A DNA stretch of 64,000 nucleotides, from assembly GCA_035510155.1 (NCBI GenBank), contig DATKHR010000088.1, positions 7,846-71,845 of the forward strand, given 5' to 3'. Made by a program: the position numbers and the translations under genes. Positions 38,984 to 47,750 of this stretch are shown in pieces. The notes beneath the pieces were generated by a model that saw only the letters and a program-made list of their open reading frames with translations, searched no databases and was not told the DNA's origin. The DNA comes from Vicinamibacterales bacterium (GTDB taxonomy: Bacteria > Acidobacteriota > Vicinamibacteria > Vicinamibacterales > CAVVIG01). The first letter of the stretch is position 1; each line of letters begins with the position of its first letter.

Positions 38984-40291
38984 TCAGACCGCGCGTTCGG
39001 CGGCCCCCTCGGGGCGCTCCATCGCGCTTGCCGGCGGTGGCACCCATTCGCCGGCGCGCATGAGCGGCTCGGCGGTGCCGTCCTGTGCCACCGCGTCGAT
39101 GTCGAGCTCCCCCGATCCGATCATGAAGTCGACATGCGTCGCGCTCCGGTTCCCGCCGGCTCGCTCGAACGCGTCGTCGTTCATGGTCTCGCCGCCGCTC
39201 AATGTGAACTTGTACGCCGAGCCGAGCGCGACGTGGCTCGCGGCGTTCTCGTCGAAGAGCGTGTTGTAGAACAACAGACGCGCTTGCGAGATCGGCGAGC
39301 TGTGCGGCACGAGCGCGACTTCCCCGAGGCGCGCAGCGCCCGCGTCGGTCTCAATCAGCTGCCGCAGTACTTCGATGCCGCGCTCTGCCCGGACATCGAC
39401 GACGCGCCCCTGCTCGAAGCGAAGCGAGAAATTCTCGATCAGCTGGCCGCCATAGCTGAGCGGCTTGGTCGAACGCACGACGCCTTCGACCCGCTCCTTG
39501 TGCGGGAGGGTGAAAACTTCCTCGGTCGGAATGTTCGCGGTAAACGTGATGCCGTTCCGGCTTCGGCTCTGCGCGCTGATCCAGATGTGGTTGGCCGGCA
39601 GCCCGATCGTGAGCGCCGTCCCAGGCCCTGAGTACCGAAGCGCCGCGTACTGCTTCCGGTTGAGGAGACTCGCCCGCGCCGCCAGCGTGGCGATGTGCGC
39701 GCGCCATTCAGTGACCGGATCCGCGGCGTCGAGCCGGCACAGCCGGCTGATCATCTCCCAGAGCTGCGTCCACTGCTCGTTCGGCGATAGATGCGGAAAC
39801 ACCTTTGCGGCCCACTTCGGGCTCACGGCCGCAGCGACTGACCAGTTCGTGAGGTTGCGCGAGATCTGCTCGCGGAACGGACTCAATGCGAGCGAGGAGC
39901 TGCGCTGCATGCCGCTCACCCGCTCCATAGGCTGCCCCGCCAACAGATCCGGGTCGTTCGCGTAAATCGACAGCGTGGCATCGCCCGCCTCGACGTGCTC
40001 CACGAGAGCCTTCGGCAGCCACCGCGAGAACTGGTCGAACGACGACTGCGGCGCATGCGCGAAGCGCAGAAGCGTCAGGGCCTCATCCCCCCAGATCGAC
40101 TCGACGTACGGCGACCCTGCTTTATACGCTGCCTCGGTGACATGTCGCACCAGCGGCGCGGCATCGATCGATAACCCGCCGTATGCGAGCGGGCCGATGA
40201 TGATGAGCCGTTGGCCCGGCTGCAGATTAAGCGCGACCCGGACGATGAGCTCTGAATATGGGGGAAGCAGGCGGTCGAGATCGACGGGCAT
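38984..40291 (-). CDS. M29 family aminopeptidase (AmpS/PepS-like)
   Basis: 435-aa ORF with the M29 pattern NIPTEEVFTLPH...GVVRSTKPLSYGGQLIENFSLRFEQGRVVDV...LGEVALVPHSSPI...FYNTLFDENAASHVALGSAY. Confidence 0.8.
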   Translation of the reverse strand: MPVDLDRLLPPYSELIVRVALNLQPGQRLIIIGPLAYGGLSIDAAPLVRHVTEAAYKAGSPYVESIWGDEALTLLRFAHAPQSSFDQFSRWLPKALVEHVEAGDATLSIYANDPDLLAGQPMERVSGMQRSSSLALSPFREQISRNLTNWSVAAAVSPKWAAKVFPHLSPNEQWTQLWEMISRLCRLDAADPVTEWRAHIATLAARASLLNRKQYAALRYSGPGTALTIGLPANHIWISAQSRSRNGITFTANIPTEEVFTLPHKERVEGVVRSTKPLSYGGQLIENFSLRFEQGRVVDVRAERGIEVLRQLIETDAGAARLGEVALVPHSSPISQARLLFYNTLFDENAASHVALGSAYKFTLSGGETMNDDAFERAGGNRSATHVDFMIGSGELDIDAVAQDGTAEPLMRAGEWVPPPASAMERPEGAAERAV

Positions 40292-40334
40292 CGTGATCGA
40301 CTATTATCCGACACCCGCTCGTCCAGGGCATGAG

Positions 40335-43166
40335 TCAGCTCAGCTTGTGCCTACTCGCGGACGGCTGGACGCCGACCGCTGATGGCCGGCCGCCCGATGC
40401 CTCGCTCATGATCGCGATGAGACCGGGGAGACCGGCGCTGCCGTCGTAGTCGCCCGCGACGGAATCCACCGTGTGAATCCCAAGCGTGCGGTAGCTCTCG
40501 AACTGCGACTCGCCGAACCATTGATTGACGGTTGACTCGTGCGGAAAGTCCGGATGGGCCGCGCCGTAGTTTCTGACGTCAATCGATTCGTCGCCGGACA
40601 ATGTTGCCTTCAGGTAGACCAGCGCACCGTCCTCGACCGCGCCGTCGATCGCCGAATACCTGATGATGCCGACGGCGCCGTGGTGGTTCCCCTTGCCCGC
40701 GTGCTCGGCGTCGATCGGAACGCCCTGTGGAAAGTCAATGACGATGCCGAGATCGATGCGAATCTTGCGAATGGCGTTGCCGAGATCTTCGAACGTGTAG
40801 TGGGAGTCGCAGCCGGCGTCGCTGACGACAATGAACGCGGCGCGACGGGCGACCATCTCGTAGAGGCCGAGGTTCTCGAAGTGGCCGCCGTCCGACAGGT
40901 AAACGTAGGGATTCGCGTCGGTCGTGCGCCCGAACATTTCCCTCAAGAGAGGGCCCGCGCCAATGACCGGATCGCTCCGCCGCCACGTGAACCGCCCCGC
41001 CTCGCTGGGGTTCCCGAGCCAGGCTCCCAGCCGCGCATTGAACAGCGTCAGCAGGAACGTCACGGCCGGCGAGGAGTGGTAACCCATGTTCGGGCTGGCC
41101 GCTGCGCCCGAAAGGCTGATAGCCGTCCCGAGCGACATCCCGTCCGGTCCGCCGTATTCCTTGATGCAGCGGTACCCCAGGGTCCGCGTGCCCGCCGCCA
41201 GCGGGCTCACGGTAAAGGATTCGGCTTTGCGCTCCTGCCAGGCGAGCCGATTGTCCGCTACCAGATTCAACGCCATGTTGATCACGTGCAGCGGACGACG
41301 CGTGACGGTCAGCTCCTTCAAGAAGATGTTGTCTTTCGGATCGAACCCGGTGAAGCGATTGGGCTGCCGGGCCGCCGCGGGGCGCGACGCGCCCAGAAAC
41401 GCGCGGATCAGTCGATTGCGATACATCCCTTGCAATGAGAACTTGTTCACGGCAACCACCAACCCCATCAAGGCGCCGCCGGCCAAGAGCGAGACGAGCA
41501 GGAGCAGAATCTCGGGCAGGCCCGCGCCATCGGGATGTTCGTACGCAGGCAGGATGCCCAGCCCGTCCAACCAGCGGAGGAGCCACACGTTCGCCGATGC
41601 CACGCCCACCAGCAGCAGCACGACGAAAGCGGGCGCCGCAAGCGCGAACACCACGCGACGCCACCGTCCGCCGTTTGCATGACCGTTTCGCGCATCGCGC
41701 CCCGTGCGGGCCGCGACGCCGCCCGTCAGCGCGGTGACTGCTCCGACGATGAGCTTCCCGAGCGCCGGACTCGACAGCTTCTCGCCCAGCCAGGTCACAC
41801 CCTTCTCGAGCCCGACAGGACCCACGAACACGACGATGCTCGTGGCAAGCCAGGCGAAGATCGTGATCAGGAGCCAGGCACCAAAACGGCTCCACCACTC
41901 CCGGTCATCGTCCGTGGACTCTCCGCTGGCAACCCCAACGAACAAGGACCCGGCCCCTCCGAGGATGGCAAGAATCAACGGCACGCCGACACCCGCAAAT
42001 AGCTCGCCGCGCTGCAGAGGGTGCGCAAACGGGTGCGCCGCGAACCACCACACGCCGGCTCCGCTCACCACACCCGCCAGGGCGGCCGCGATCCAGGTCA
42101 GCGGCCGAATTTTTCGCGCGCTCATCAAGCCGAAGACGAACCAGATGGCGACATGGGCGCTCGCGCTGATGCCGACCAGCCAGGCCAAAGAGACAGGTCC
42201 CGCGTTCAACGCACGAGACCACGCCCAGTACAGTGTGAACGCTCCGGTCGCGACCACGAGCGGGAGAAAGCAGAAGCCGATGAACGCGGTCTGACCGCGC
42301 TGCCGATTGCCCGCGCTCGGCAGGTCGAGCGTGATATACGCAAGGGAAACCGCCAGAAGCCCTGAGCCCACCAGAAGCAGCTTTCCCGACCACCAGAGCA
42401 GATCTTCGCGATCAATCCAATCCTGCGTGCCGAGCACCGTGAACGAGAAATACAGGCGTGGCACCAGCAGCGCTGCGGCCAGCAGCGGAACCAGCACGAG
42501 CCAGTTCAACAACAGGTTCCTGGCCACCGTCGAAATCAGGCACCACACGTCGACCGACAACAGCCCGGTCTTCGGATCCAGGTAGTTGCTGTACTCACGA
42601 ATGCGGCGGACCGGTTCCGGTTCAGGCTCGAGCGGCCGGTTAGAGGACGACTTCGCGATGAACGTCTCGTGCGAAGCGGCCTCCCGGCTGAGAGTCGCTC
42701 GCCCCGCCCCTGCAAGCGCCTCGAAGACCTGGTCGGGGTTTTGACCGTTGGCGTGCGCATGGAAGAGCCACGCGGACAGCCAGCCGCCGGTATATCCACC
42801 CCCGGAGACGGTCGACACGTAGTCGAACCCTCCAAGCAACCCGCGCCGCGCCAAGCCTTGAAGAACGCCAAGCGCAAAGCTGGCGCTCCGGATCCCTCCG
42901 CCCGAGAGGCAGAGCGCCGCATGCCTCCGGGCATGGATGGCGGCATGAATCGCGCGGAGCCGCGCCGCCGGGTCGGAATCGCTCTCAGGGTAGTCCTCGG
43001 GAAGCTGGCCGTGCAGGTGCCTGAACTCGCATTCGAGCACACGATGATGCGGAACGGAGTGATCACCGTCAAAGAGACCACGCACGCTGGCCGCAAACCG
43101 GGCCAGCGGACCGGCGTCCCCTCCATGTCGGCCGCGCTGGGGCGGCAGCGGTTCGGCAGCTTTCAT
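40335..43166 (-). CDS. Patatin-like phospholipase with a large polytopic membrane domain inserted between the catalytic Ser and Asp regions
   Basis: Oxyanion and nucleophile motifs LCLSGGGIRSASF and VSTVSGGGYTGGW near the N-terminus. About 10 hydrophobic helices span aa 220-560. Catalytic Asp motif YLSDGGHFENLGLYEM near aa 740. Confidence 0.75.
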   Translation of the reverse strand: MKAAEPLPPQRGRHGGDAGPLARFAASVRGLFDGDHSVPHHRVLECEFRHLHGQLPEDYPESDSDPAARLRAIHAAIHARRHAALCLSGGGIRSASFALGVLQGLARRGLLGGFDYVSTVSGGGYTGGWLSAWLFHAHANGQNPDQVFEALAGAGRATLSREAASHETFIAKSSSNRPLEPEPEPVRRIREYSNYLDPKTGLLSVDVWCLISTVARNLLLNWLVLVPLLAAALLVPRLYFSFTVLGTQDWIDREDLLWWSGKLLLVGSGLLAVSLAYITLDLPSAGNRQRGQTAFIGFCFLPLVVATGAFTLYWAWSRALNAGPVSLAWLVGISASAHVAIWFVFGLMSARKIRPLTWIAAALAGVVSGAGVWWFAAHPFAHPLQRGELFAGVGVPLILAILGGAGSLFVGVASGESTDDDREWWSRFGAWLLITIFAWLATSIVVFVGPVGLEKGVTWLGEKLSSPALGKLIVGAVTALTGGVAARTGRDARNGHANGGRWRRVVFALAAPAFVVLLLVGVASANVWLLRWLDGLGILPAYEHPDGAGLPEILLLLVSLLAGGALMGLVVAVNKFSLQGMYRNRLIRAFLGASRPAAARQPNRFTGFDPKDNIFLKELTVTRRPLHVINMALNLVADNRLAWQERKAESFTVSPLAAGTRTLGYRCIKEYGGPDGMSLGTAISLSGAAASPNMGYHSSPAVTFLLTLFNARLGAWLGNPSEAGRFTWRRSDPVIGAGPLLREMFGRTTDANPYVYLSDGGHFENLGLYEMVARRAAFIVVSDAGCDSHYTFEDLGNAIRKIRIDLGIVIDFPQGVPIDAEHAGKGNHHGAVGIIRYSAIDGAVEDGALVYLKATLSGDESIDVRNYGAAHPDFPHESTVNQWFGESQFESYRTLGIHTVDSVAGDYDGSAGLPGLIAIMSEASGGRPSAVGVQPSASRHKLS

Positions 43167-43251
43167 ACGAACCCAGACCCTAGTGACGCGGGCGGGACAG
43201 ACGTTACAGATTTTCTCGCCCGTCTTGTGTGATTTCGGCGCGGCTAGTACG

Positions 43252-44970
43252 ATGCTCGCCCGGCTTGTACCACTCTCATTCTTTTGCTATCGTCCTCGTG
43301 CGATTCGCGTGAGCGCGTCCAGCCGCCCGGGATCGTCCGACCAGCTGACGCCGTGTGAGCAGTTCTACGGCCTGAATACCCCTCCGTTCAGCCTCACGCC
43401 AGACCTGCGATTCGCGTATCACAGCCGCTCGCACACAAACGCCTTCAATGAAATCGCGGCTGCGCTCCGTCGGCGCGAGGGGCTCATCGTCATCACCGGC
43501 GAAATTGGCACCGGCAAGACGATGCTCTGCCGCGCCTTGCTCGAGGAGTTTCAAGAGGCTCGTACGTTTCTCTCGGTGATCCTCGATCCCCGCCTCACGG
43601 TCGACGAGCTGCTTCATCAAGTGCTGAGGGACTTCGGGCTCATTTCACAGGCCGCTGCCTTCACGCGCCCCGCGCTCCTCGCCCAGCCCCGCACATCGAC
43701 TTTCGCCTCACGGAACGACCAGGCCGCCGCGTCATCGAGCGGCCGGCCAGCGACAACGAGCGGCCCGGAGACCGAAGCCACGCGCCACCAGCTCGTGACG
43801 GTCCTCCATCATTTTCTGGCGTCGCTCATCCCATTGAACGCGCACGCGGTGATTCTGATCGATGAGGCGCAGCACCTGGACCCGACCGTTCTCGAGCAAA
43901 TTCGTCTGCTCTCGAACTTCGAGACCGATGACGCCAAGCTGCTGCAGATCGTGCTGGTGGGCCAACCCGATCTCGACGCCGTCCTCCACCGCTCGGACAT
44001 GAGGCAGCTCAACCAGCGAATTGCTCGCCGTATCGAGCTGCACGCCTTATCGGACAGCGAAGTCGCCGACTACATTACGCGCCGTCTCACCGTCGCCTCC
44101 GAGCCCACGTTGTCGGATGGCACCGCATCCTCGCCACTCGCGCAGTTTACGCCCTCCGCGGTCGCCACCGTGTGCCAAATCTCGAAGGGCATCCCACGCA
44201 TCGTCAACATCGTCTGCGACCGCTCGCTTGACGCCGGCTGCGCGCGCCAGACGCGAACGATTGATCGCCCGCTCGTTCTGGCGGCAGCCTCACGTTTGAA
44301 GCTAGACGTGCCTGCGGCCTCAAAGCCTCCGGCCATGACCGCCGGGAAGGTCATGACCGCGGCCGCGGCCGTGTTGGTCCTTGGCATCGTCGGCGGCTTA
44401 TGGTGGGCTCAGTGCCCGTCGCAGCTGACGCTCGAGTCCCGGCAGCCTTCGTCGAGTCGGGTCGAACGTCCGGCGGCCAGAAGCGGCGCAGGTGCAGTGA
44501 ATGAGCCTGCCGCGACCGGCAATCCGACCAACGGCGACCCCGTCGGCAGCAGCGGTGCGGCCGGCGCCAGCGGAGCATCCTCTGGCAAAGGCCCCGACAG
44601 CGATCCGCCAACTGTGAGCGGCCCGTCCGGCGATCAGCCGATTCATGAGCGGCCGGCGGCGAGGGATCTCGATACCGCCGCTCCGCCGCTGACCTCGCTG
44701 CAGGACTCCGGGCGGCTTGGCGGCAGCAGAACGGACAGGTACGATATCGTCCTGGCAGCGTTTCGAACGTCGAAGCGCGCGATCGAGGTCGCCACCGACG
44801 TCGCCGCCAAAGGACTCCCCGTTACCACGCGCGCCGACTCAACCGGCAGCTGGTATCAGGTCATTGTCGGTCCGTATTCCACCGCCAGTGAAGCGGAGGC
44901 GGCGAAGCGACGGTTGGCTGGCGAAGGATTTGCCGACGCGCGCGTGTTCCCCACTCCCGGAGAACGTTAA
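43252..44970 (+). CDS. ExeA/GspA-like AAA+ ATPase with TM segment, low-complexity linker and C-terminal SPOR domain
   Basis: N-terminus FYGLNTPPFSLTPDLRFAYHSRSH. Walker A GEIGTGKT and Walker B ILIDEAQHL. One TM helix (VMTAAAAVLVLGIVGGLWW). SPOR-like end YDIVLAAFRTSKRAIEVATDVAAKG...WYQVIVGPYSTASEAEAAKRRL. The start is uncertain (43183, 43252 or GTG 43309). Confidence 0.75.
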   Translation: MLARLVPLSFFCYRPRAIRVSASSRPGSSDQLTPCEQFYGLNTPPFSLTPDLRFAYHSRSHTNAFNEIAAALRRREGLIVITGEIGTGKTMLCRALLEEFQEARTFLSVILDPRLTVDELLHQVLRDFGLISQAAAFTRPALLAQPRTSTFASRNDQAAASSSGRPATTSGPETEATRHQLVTVLHHFLASLIPLNAHAVILIDEAQHLDPTVLEQIRLLSNFETDDAKLLQIVLVGQPDLDAVLHRSDMRQLNQRIARRIELHALSDSEVADYITRRLTVASEPTLSDGTASSPLAQFTPSAVATVCQISKGIPRIVNIVCDRSLDAGCARQTRTIDRPLVLAAASRLKLDVPAASKPPAMTAGKVMTAAAAVLVLGIVGGLWWAQCPSQLTLESRQPSSSRVERPAARSGAGAVNEPAATGNPTNGDPVGSSGAAGASGASSGKGPDSDPPTVSGPSGDQPIHERPAARDLDTAAPPLTSLQDSGRLGGSRTDRYDIVLAAFRTSKRAIEVATDVAAKGLPVTTRADSTGSWYQVIVGPYSTASEAEAAKRRLAGEGFADARVFPTPGER

Positions 44971-44984
44971 GTCGAACCTCGCGG

Positions 44985-46709
44985 ATGCGCGGTAGCTCAC
45001 GCATCAGCACACACAGCACGTACCAGGTCGCGACAACGATTGCCGTCGTCGGCGCCGCAGCGCTGATCTTCTGGACATCTACCGCGCGCCCGATGTGGGT
45101 CGACGAGCAGATGCTCGCCCTCAACGTGCGCGACCGCCCGTTCCTCGGTCTCGCCGGGCCGCTCTGGCTCGATCAGAGCGCGCCTCTCGGCTGGCTGGCG
45201 CTCGAGCATTTGATGATGGTGAGCCTCGGAACCGGCGAGCGCGCCGTTCGCTTGTTGACCGTGCTCTTTGGGATCGGCACACTGGTCACGGCGGTCTGGA
45301 TCGGCCGCCGCTGGATGAGCCCGCTCGGCGCCGCGATTCTCGTTGCACTCTGCGCGTTTGGCGAATGGATCATCTTCTTCACGCTGGAGCTCAAGCACTA
45401 TTCGGCCGACACGTTCGGCGCGCTGTTCCTGCCGGCGCTGGCGGCGTGGGCATTCGACGCCGATCGGTCGACGCTTGGCGTGAATCAGGCCGCGCTGGGG
45501 AACTCCCGTCAATTTCGCCGGCGGGTGACCGTCTGGTGGCTTTGCGCCGCCGTGTGCCTCTGGTTTGCCAACGGGGCGTTGTTCGTGGCGCCCGGATGTG
45601 CAGCCGTCCTGCTGGCGAAGTGTCGGCGGCGAGACGCGCCGCGGTTCCTGGCATCAGGACTCGTGTGGCTGGCGTCCTTTGCGCTCTGCTACACGCTTGT
45701 TCTGAGGCATGCGCTGGAAAACGTGTACCTGAAGACCTACTGGGCGTTTGCGTTTCCGCCTGTCGCCGACGGCGTACGCGCGACGCTCGGTTGGCTGGCG
45801 GCCCAAGCCCGCCCATTTGCCACGAAACCGGTGGGAAGCGGACTGCCAATGTTGTTCTGGGCGGCGTATGCCGCTGGAATGACGGTGGCCATCATGAGGC
45901 GGTCCGCCTTTGCGGTGATGTTTGCCCTCGTACCGCTCTCGGCGCTCGCGCTCGCCCTGCTACACATTGTGCCGACATTCGAGCGGCTCGCATTGTGGTT
46001 CGTGCCGTCGCTGTACGTCGGCGTCGCTCTCTGTGGTGACGCGGCAGTCTGGCTTGGCCGCTGTGGTTTCCAGCGACATGTTTCAGCGGCACGGTTTGGC
46101 GCGCTTGTGACGGCCGCAGCCGTTCTGGGCGTGGTCGTCCTGGCGGTGTGCCTCGGCGTCATCAGGCGGGGCGTCTTCGCCCTCGAGCATCGGCCGCGCA
46201 GCAATTACGGCCTCGACGACCGCGCCAGCGTGCGCGCGGCGCTCGAAGCGCACCGCCCCGGAGATGCCCTTCTAAGCACGCACTATGGCCTCGCGGCGAT
46301 CTGGTGGTACGGAGGGCTGAACGTCGCCGACGCCGATCGAAGCGGCCGGCTACCGGATGGCACGCCGATCTTCGAGATACGATACGTTCCCCTCGGCGAT
46401 GAGTGCTCGCGCTGGAAGACTGAAATGGATTCCGCGCTGGAGGGACGGTCGCGCATCGTGGCGTATCTGGGATTTCGGATGAACGTCGAGCCCCCCGGCT
46501 TCGATACATTCGCGCTCGAAGAGCTCGGGCGACGCGCCGCGCTCGTCGCCTACAAGGAGTACGCTGAGGAGAGTCGCGTCGCCGTGTTCGATCTCAAAAA
46601 ACCGGGAGGCTTGCCGCTTCAGATTCCATCGAGGCCGGGCGTTCCACCGGACCCATCGTCTCGCCCGCCCGCGGGCTGCATCAGCATCACCCCGGCTCGC
46701 CGCTGGTGA
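44985..46709 (+). CDS. Polytopic membrane protein, probable GT-C fold glycosyltransferase (ArnT/PMT-like, GT39/GT83-type)
   Basis: 574-aa ORF with about 11 TM helices and an acidic motif in the first loop (MWVDEQMLALNVRD), followed by a soluble C-terminal domain. Confidence 0.5.
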   Translation: MRGSSRISTHSTYQVATTIAVVGAAALIFWTSTARPMWVDEQMLALNVRDRPFLGLAGPLWLDQSAPLGWLALEHLMMVSLGTGERAVRLLTVLFGIGTLVTAVWIGRRWMSPLGAAILVALCAFGEWIIFFTLELKHYSADTFGALFLPALAAWAFDADRSTLGVNQAALGNSRQFRRRVTVWWLCAAVCLWFANGALFVAPGCAAVLLAKCRRRDAPRFLASGLVWLASFALCYTLVLRHALENVYLKTYWAFAFPPVADGVRATLGWLAAQARPFATKPVGSGLPMLFWAAYAAGMTVAIMRRSAFAVMFALVPLSALALALLHIVPTFERLALWFVPSLYVGVALCGDAAVWLGRCGFQRHVSAARFGALVTAAAVLGVVVLAVCLGVIRRGVFALEHRPRSNYGLDDRASVRAALEAHRPGDALLSTHYGLAAIWWYGGLNVADADRSGRLPDGTPIFEIRYVPLGDECSRWKTEMDSALEGRSRIVAYLGFRMNVEPPGFDTFALEELGRRAALVAYKEYAEESRVAVFDLKKPGGLPLQIPSRPGVPPDPSSRPPAGCISITPARRW

Positions 46710-46731
46710 CTCCGGATCGCGTCTTCGTGTA

Positions 46732-47115
46732 ATGATGTTTCAGGGGGGAAGCATCGTGGACATCGAATCCTACCGGCGCCGGCTGCTGTCGCTCGAGCAG
46801 GACCTCCTGAAGCGTCTTGGTCGAGAAGTCGAGGTCGCCCGTGAAACGCGCGACGACCAGGCCGAAATCGGCGACATTGCCGTCGTCGACGAGTTGAAGG
46901 AGGAGTACTTCGCGGTGGCCGAAACCGACTCCGCGAAGTTGGCGCAAGTCCGCGCCGCGCTCAAGCGTATCGAGGACGGCACCTTCGGTCTGTGCGTCAT
47001 CGACAACGAGCCGATCGACGAAAAGCGACTCGACGCTGTGCCGTGGACGCCCTACTGTCTGAAACATCAGCAGGAGCTCGAAGAAGCTCCGCGCCTGCGC
47101 ACACCGTCAATGTGA
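46732..47115 (+). CDS. DksA/TraR family C4-type zinc-finger protein
   Basis: 127-aa ORF with a coiled-coil N-terminus and C-terminal ALKRIEDGTFGLCVIDNEPIDEKRLDAVPWTPYCLKHQ. Confidence 0.7.
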   Translation: MMFQGGSIVDIESYRRRLLSLEQDLLKRLGREVEVARETRDDQAEIGDIAVVDELKEEYFAVAETDSAKLAQVRAALKRIEDGTFGLCVIDNEPIDEKRLDAVPWTPYCLKHQQELEEAPRLRTPSM

Positions 47116-47127
47116 AAGAGAGAACGA

Positions 47128-47463
47128 ATGAAATACGTCTGCCTGGTCTACCTCGAGGAACAGAAGCTGCGCGCCGTGCCCGACTCGGAGTGTCTGGCCT
47201 GCGGTGACGCCCTCAGAAAGAACGGCGTTCTGGTGGCCGCCGAAGCGCTGCAACCGGCCGCCACCGCCCGGACCGTGCGTCTCCGCAACGGGAAGCTGTC
47301 GGTCACAGACGGCCCATTCACCGAAACGAAGGAGCATCTGGCAGGCTTTTACCTGGTCGAGGCGAACGACCTGAACGAGGCGCTCGAGTTGGCCAGCAAG
47401 ATCCCGCCGGTGCGGGAGGGAAGCATCGAGGTCCGCCCGGTCAGGGAGTTGGACGTGCGTTAG
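47128..47463 (+). CDS. YciI-family (DGPF-motif) protein
   Basis: 111-aa ORF: MKYVCLVYLEE...TDGPFTETKEHLAGFYLVEANDLNEALELASKIP. It sits upstream of an ECF sigma factor, which is the usual arrangement. Confidence 0.8.
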   Translation: MKYVCLVYLEEQKLRAVPDSECLACGDALRKNGVLVAAEALQPAATARTVRLRNGKLSVTDGPFTETKEHLAGFYLVEANDLNEALELASKIPPVREGSIEVRPVRELDVR

Positions 47464-47750
47464 CTCTTCCAGCCTCGCTCTTCCCGCCTCGATTGTCCGT
47501 CCCGGGCCTCCTCGCCCGTCATGGGTTCGAAGCCCTTGAGAAAGGGCCTTGGCTGATGGCTGAATGGCTCAGGCTATCAACGGGGTCTCGATATTCCGCT
47601 GAACACGTACAATTTCCTCGACATGACGGCGCTCGGGCGCCAAGAAGGCGAGGATCGCACGCAGTCGTGGATTCGCCATCACGACAACTACGCAGCCCGC
47701 GCTGCTGCGGCGCACTGACGCGCCAAAACGCAAGACATGAAGCGCAGCAG

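Noticed and set aside
47523-47535. tRNA-like T-arm sequence gggttcgaagccc.
   Set aside because: No acceptor stem, D-arm or anticodon arm can be built from the flanking sequence on either strand.
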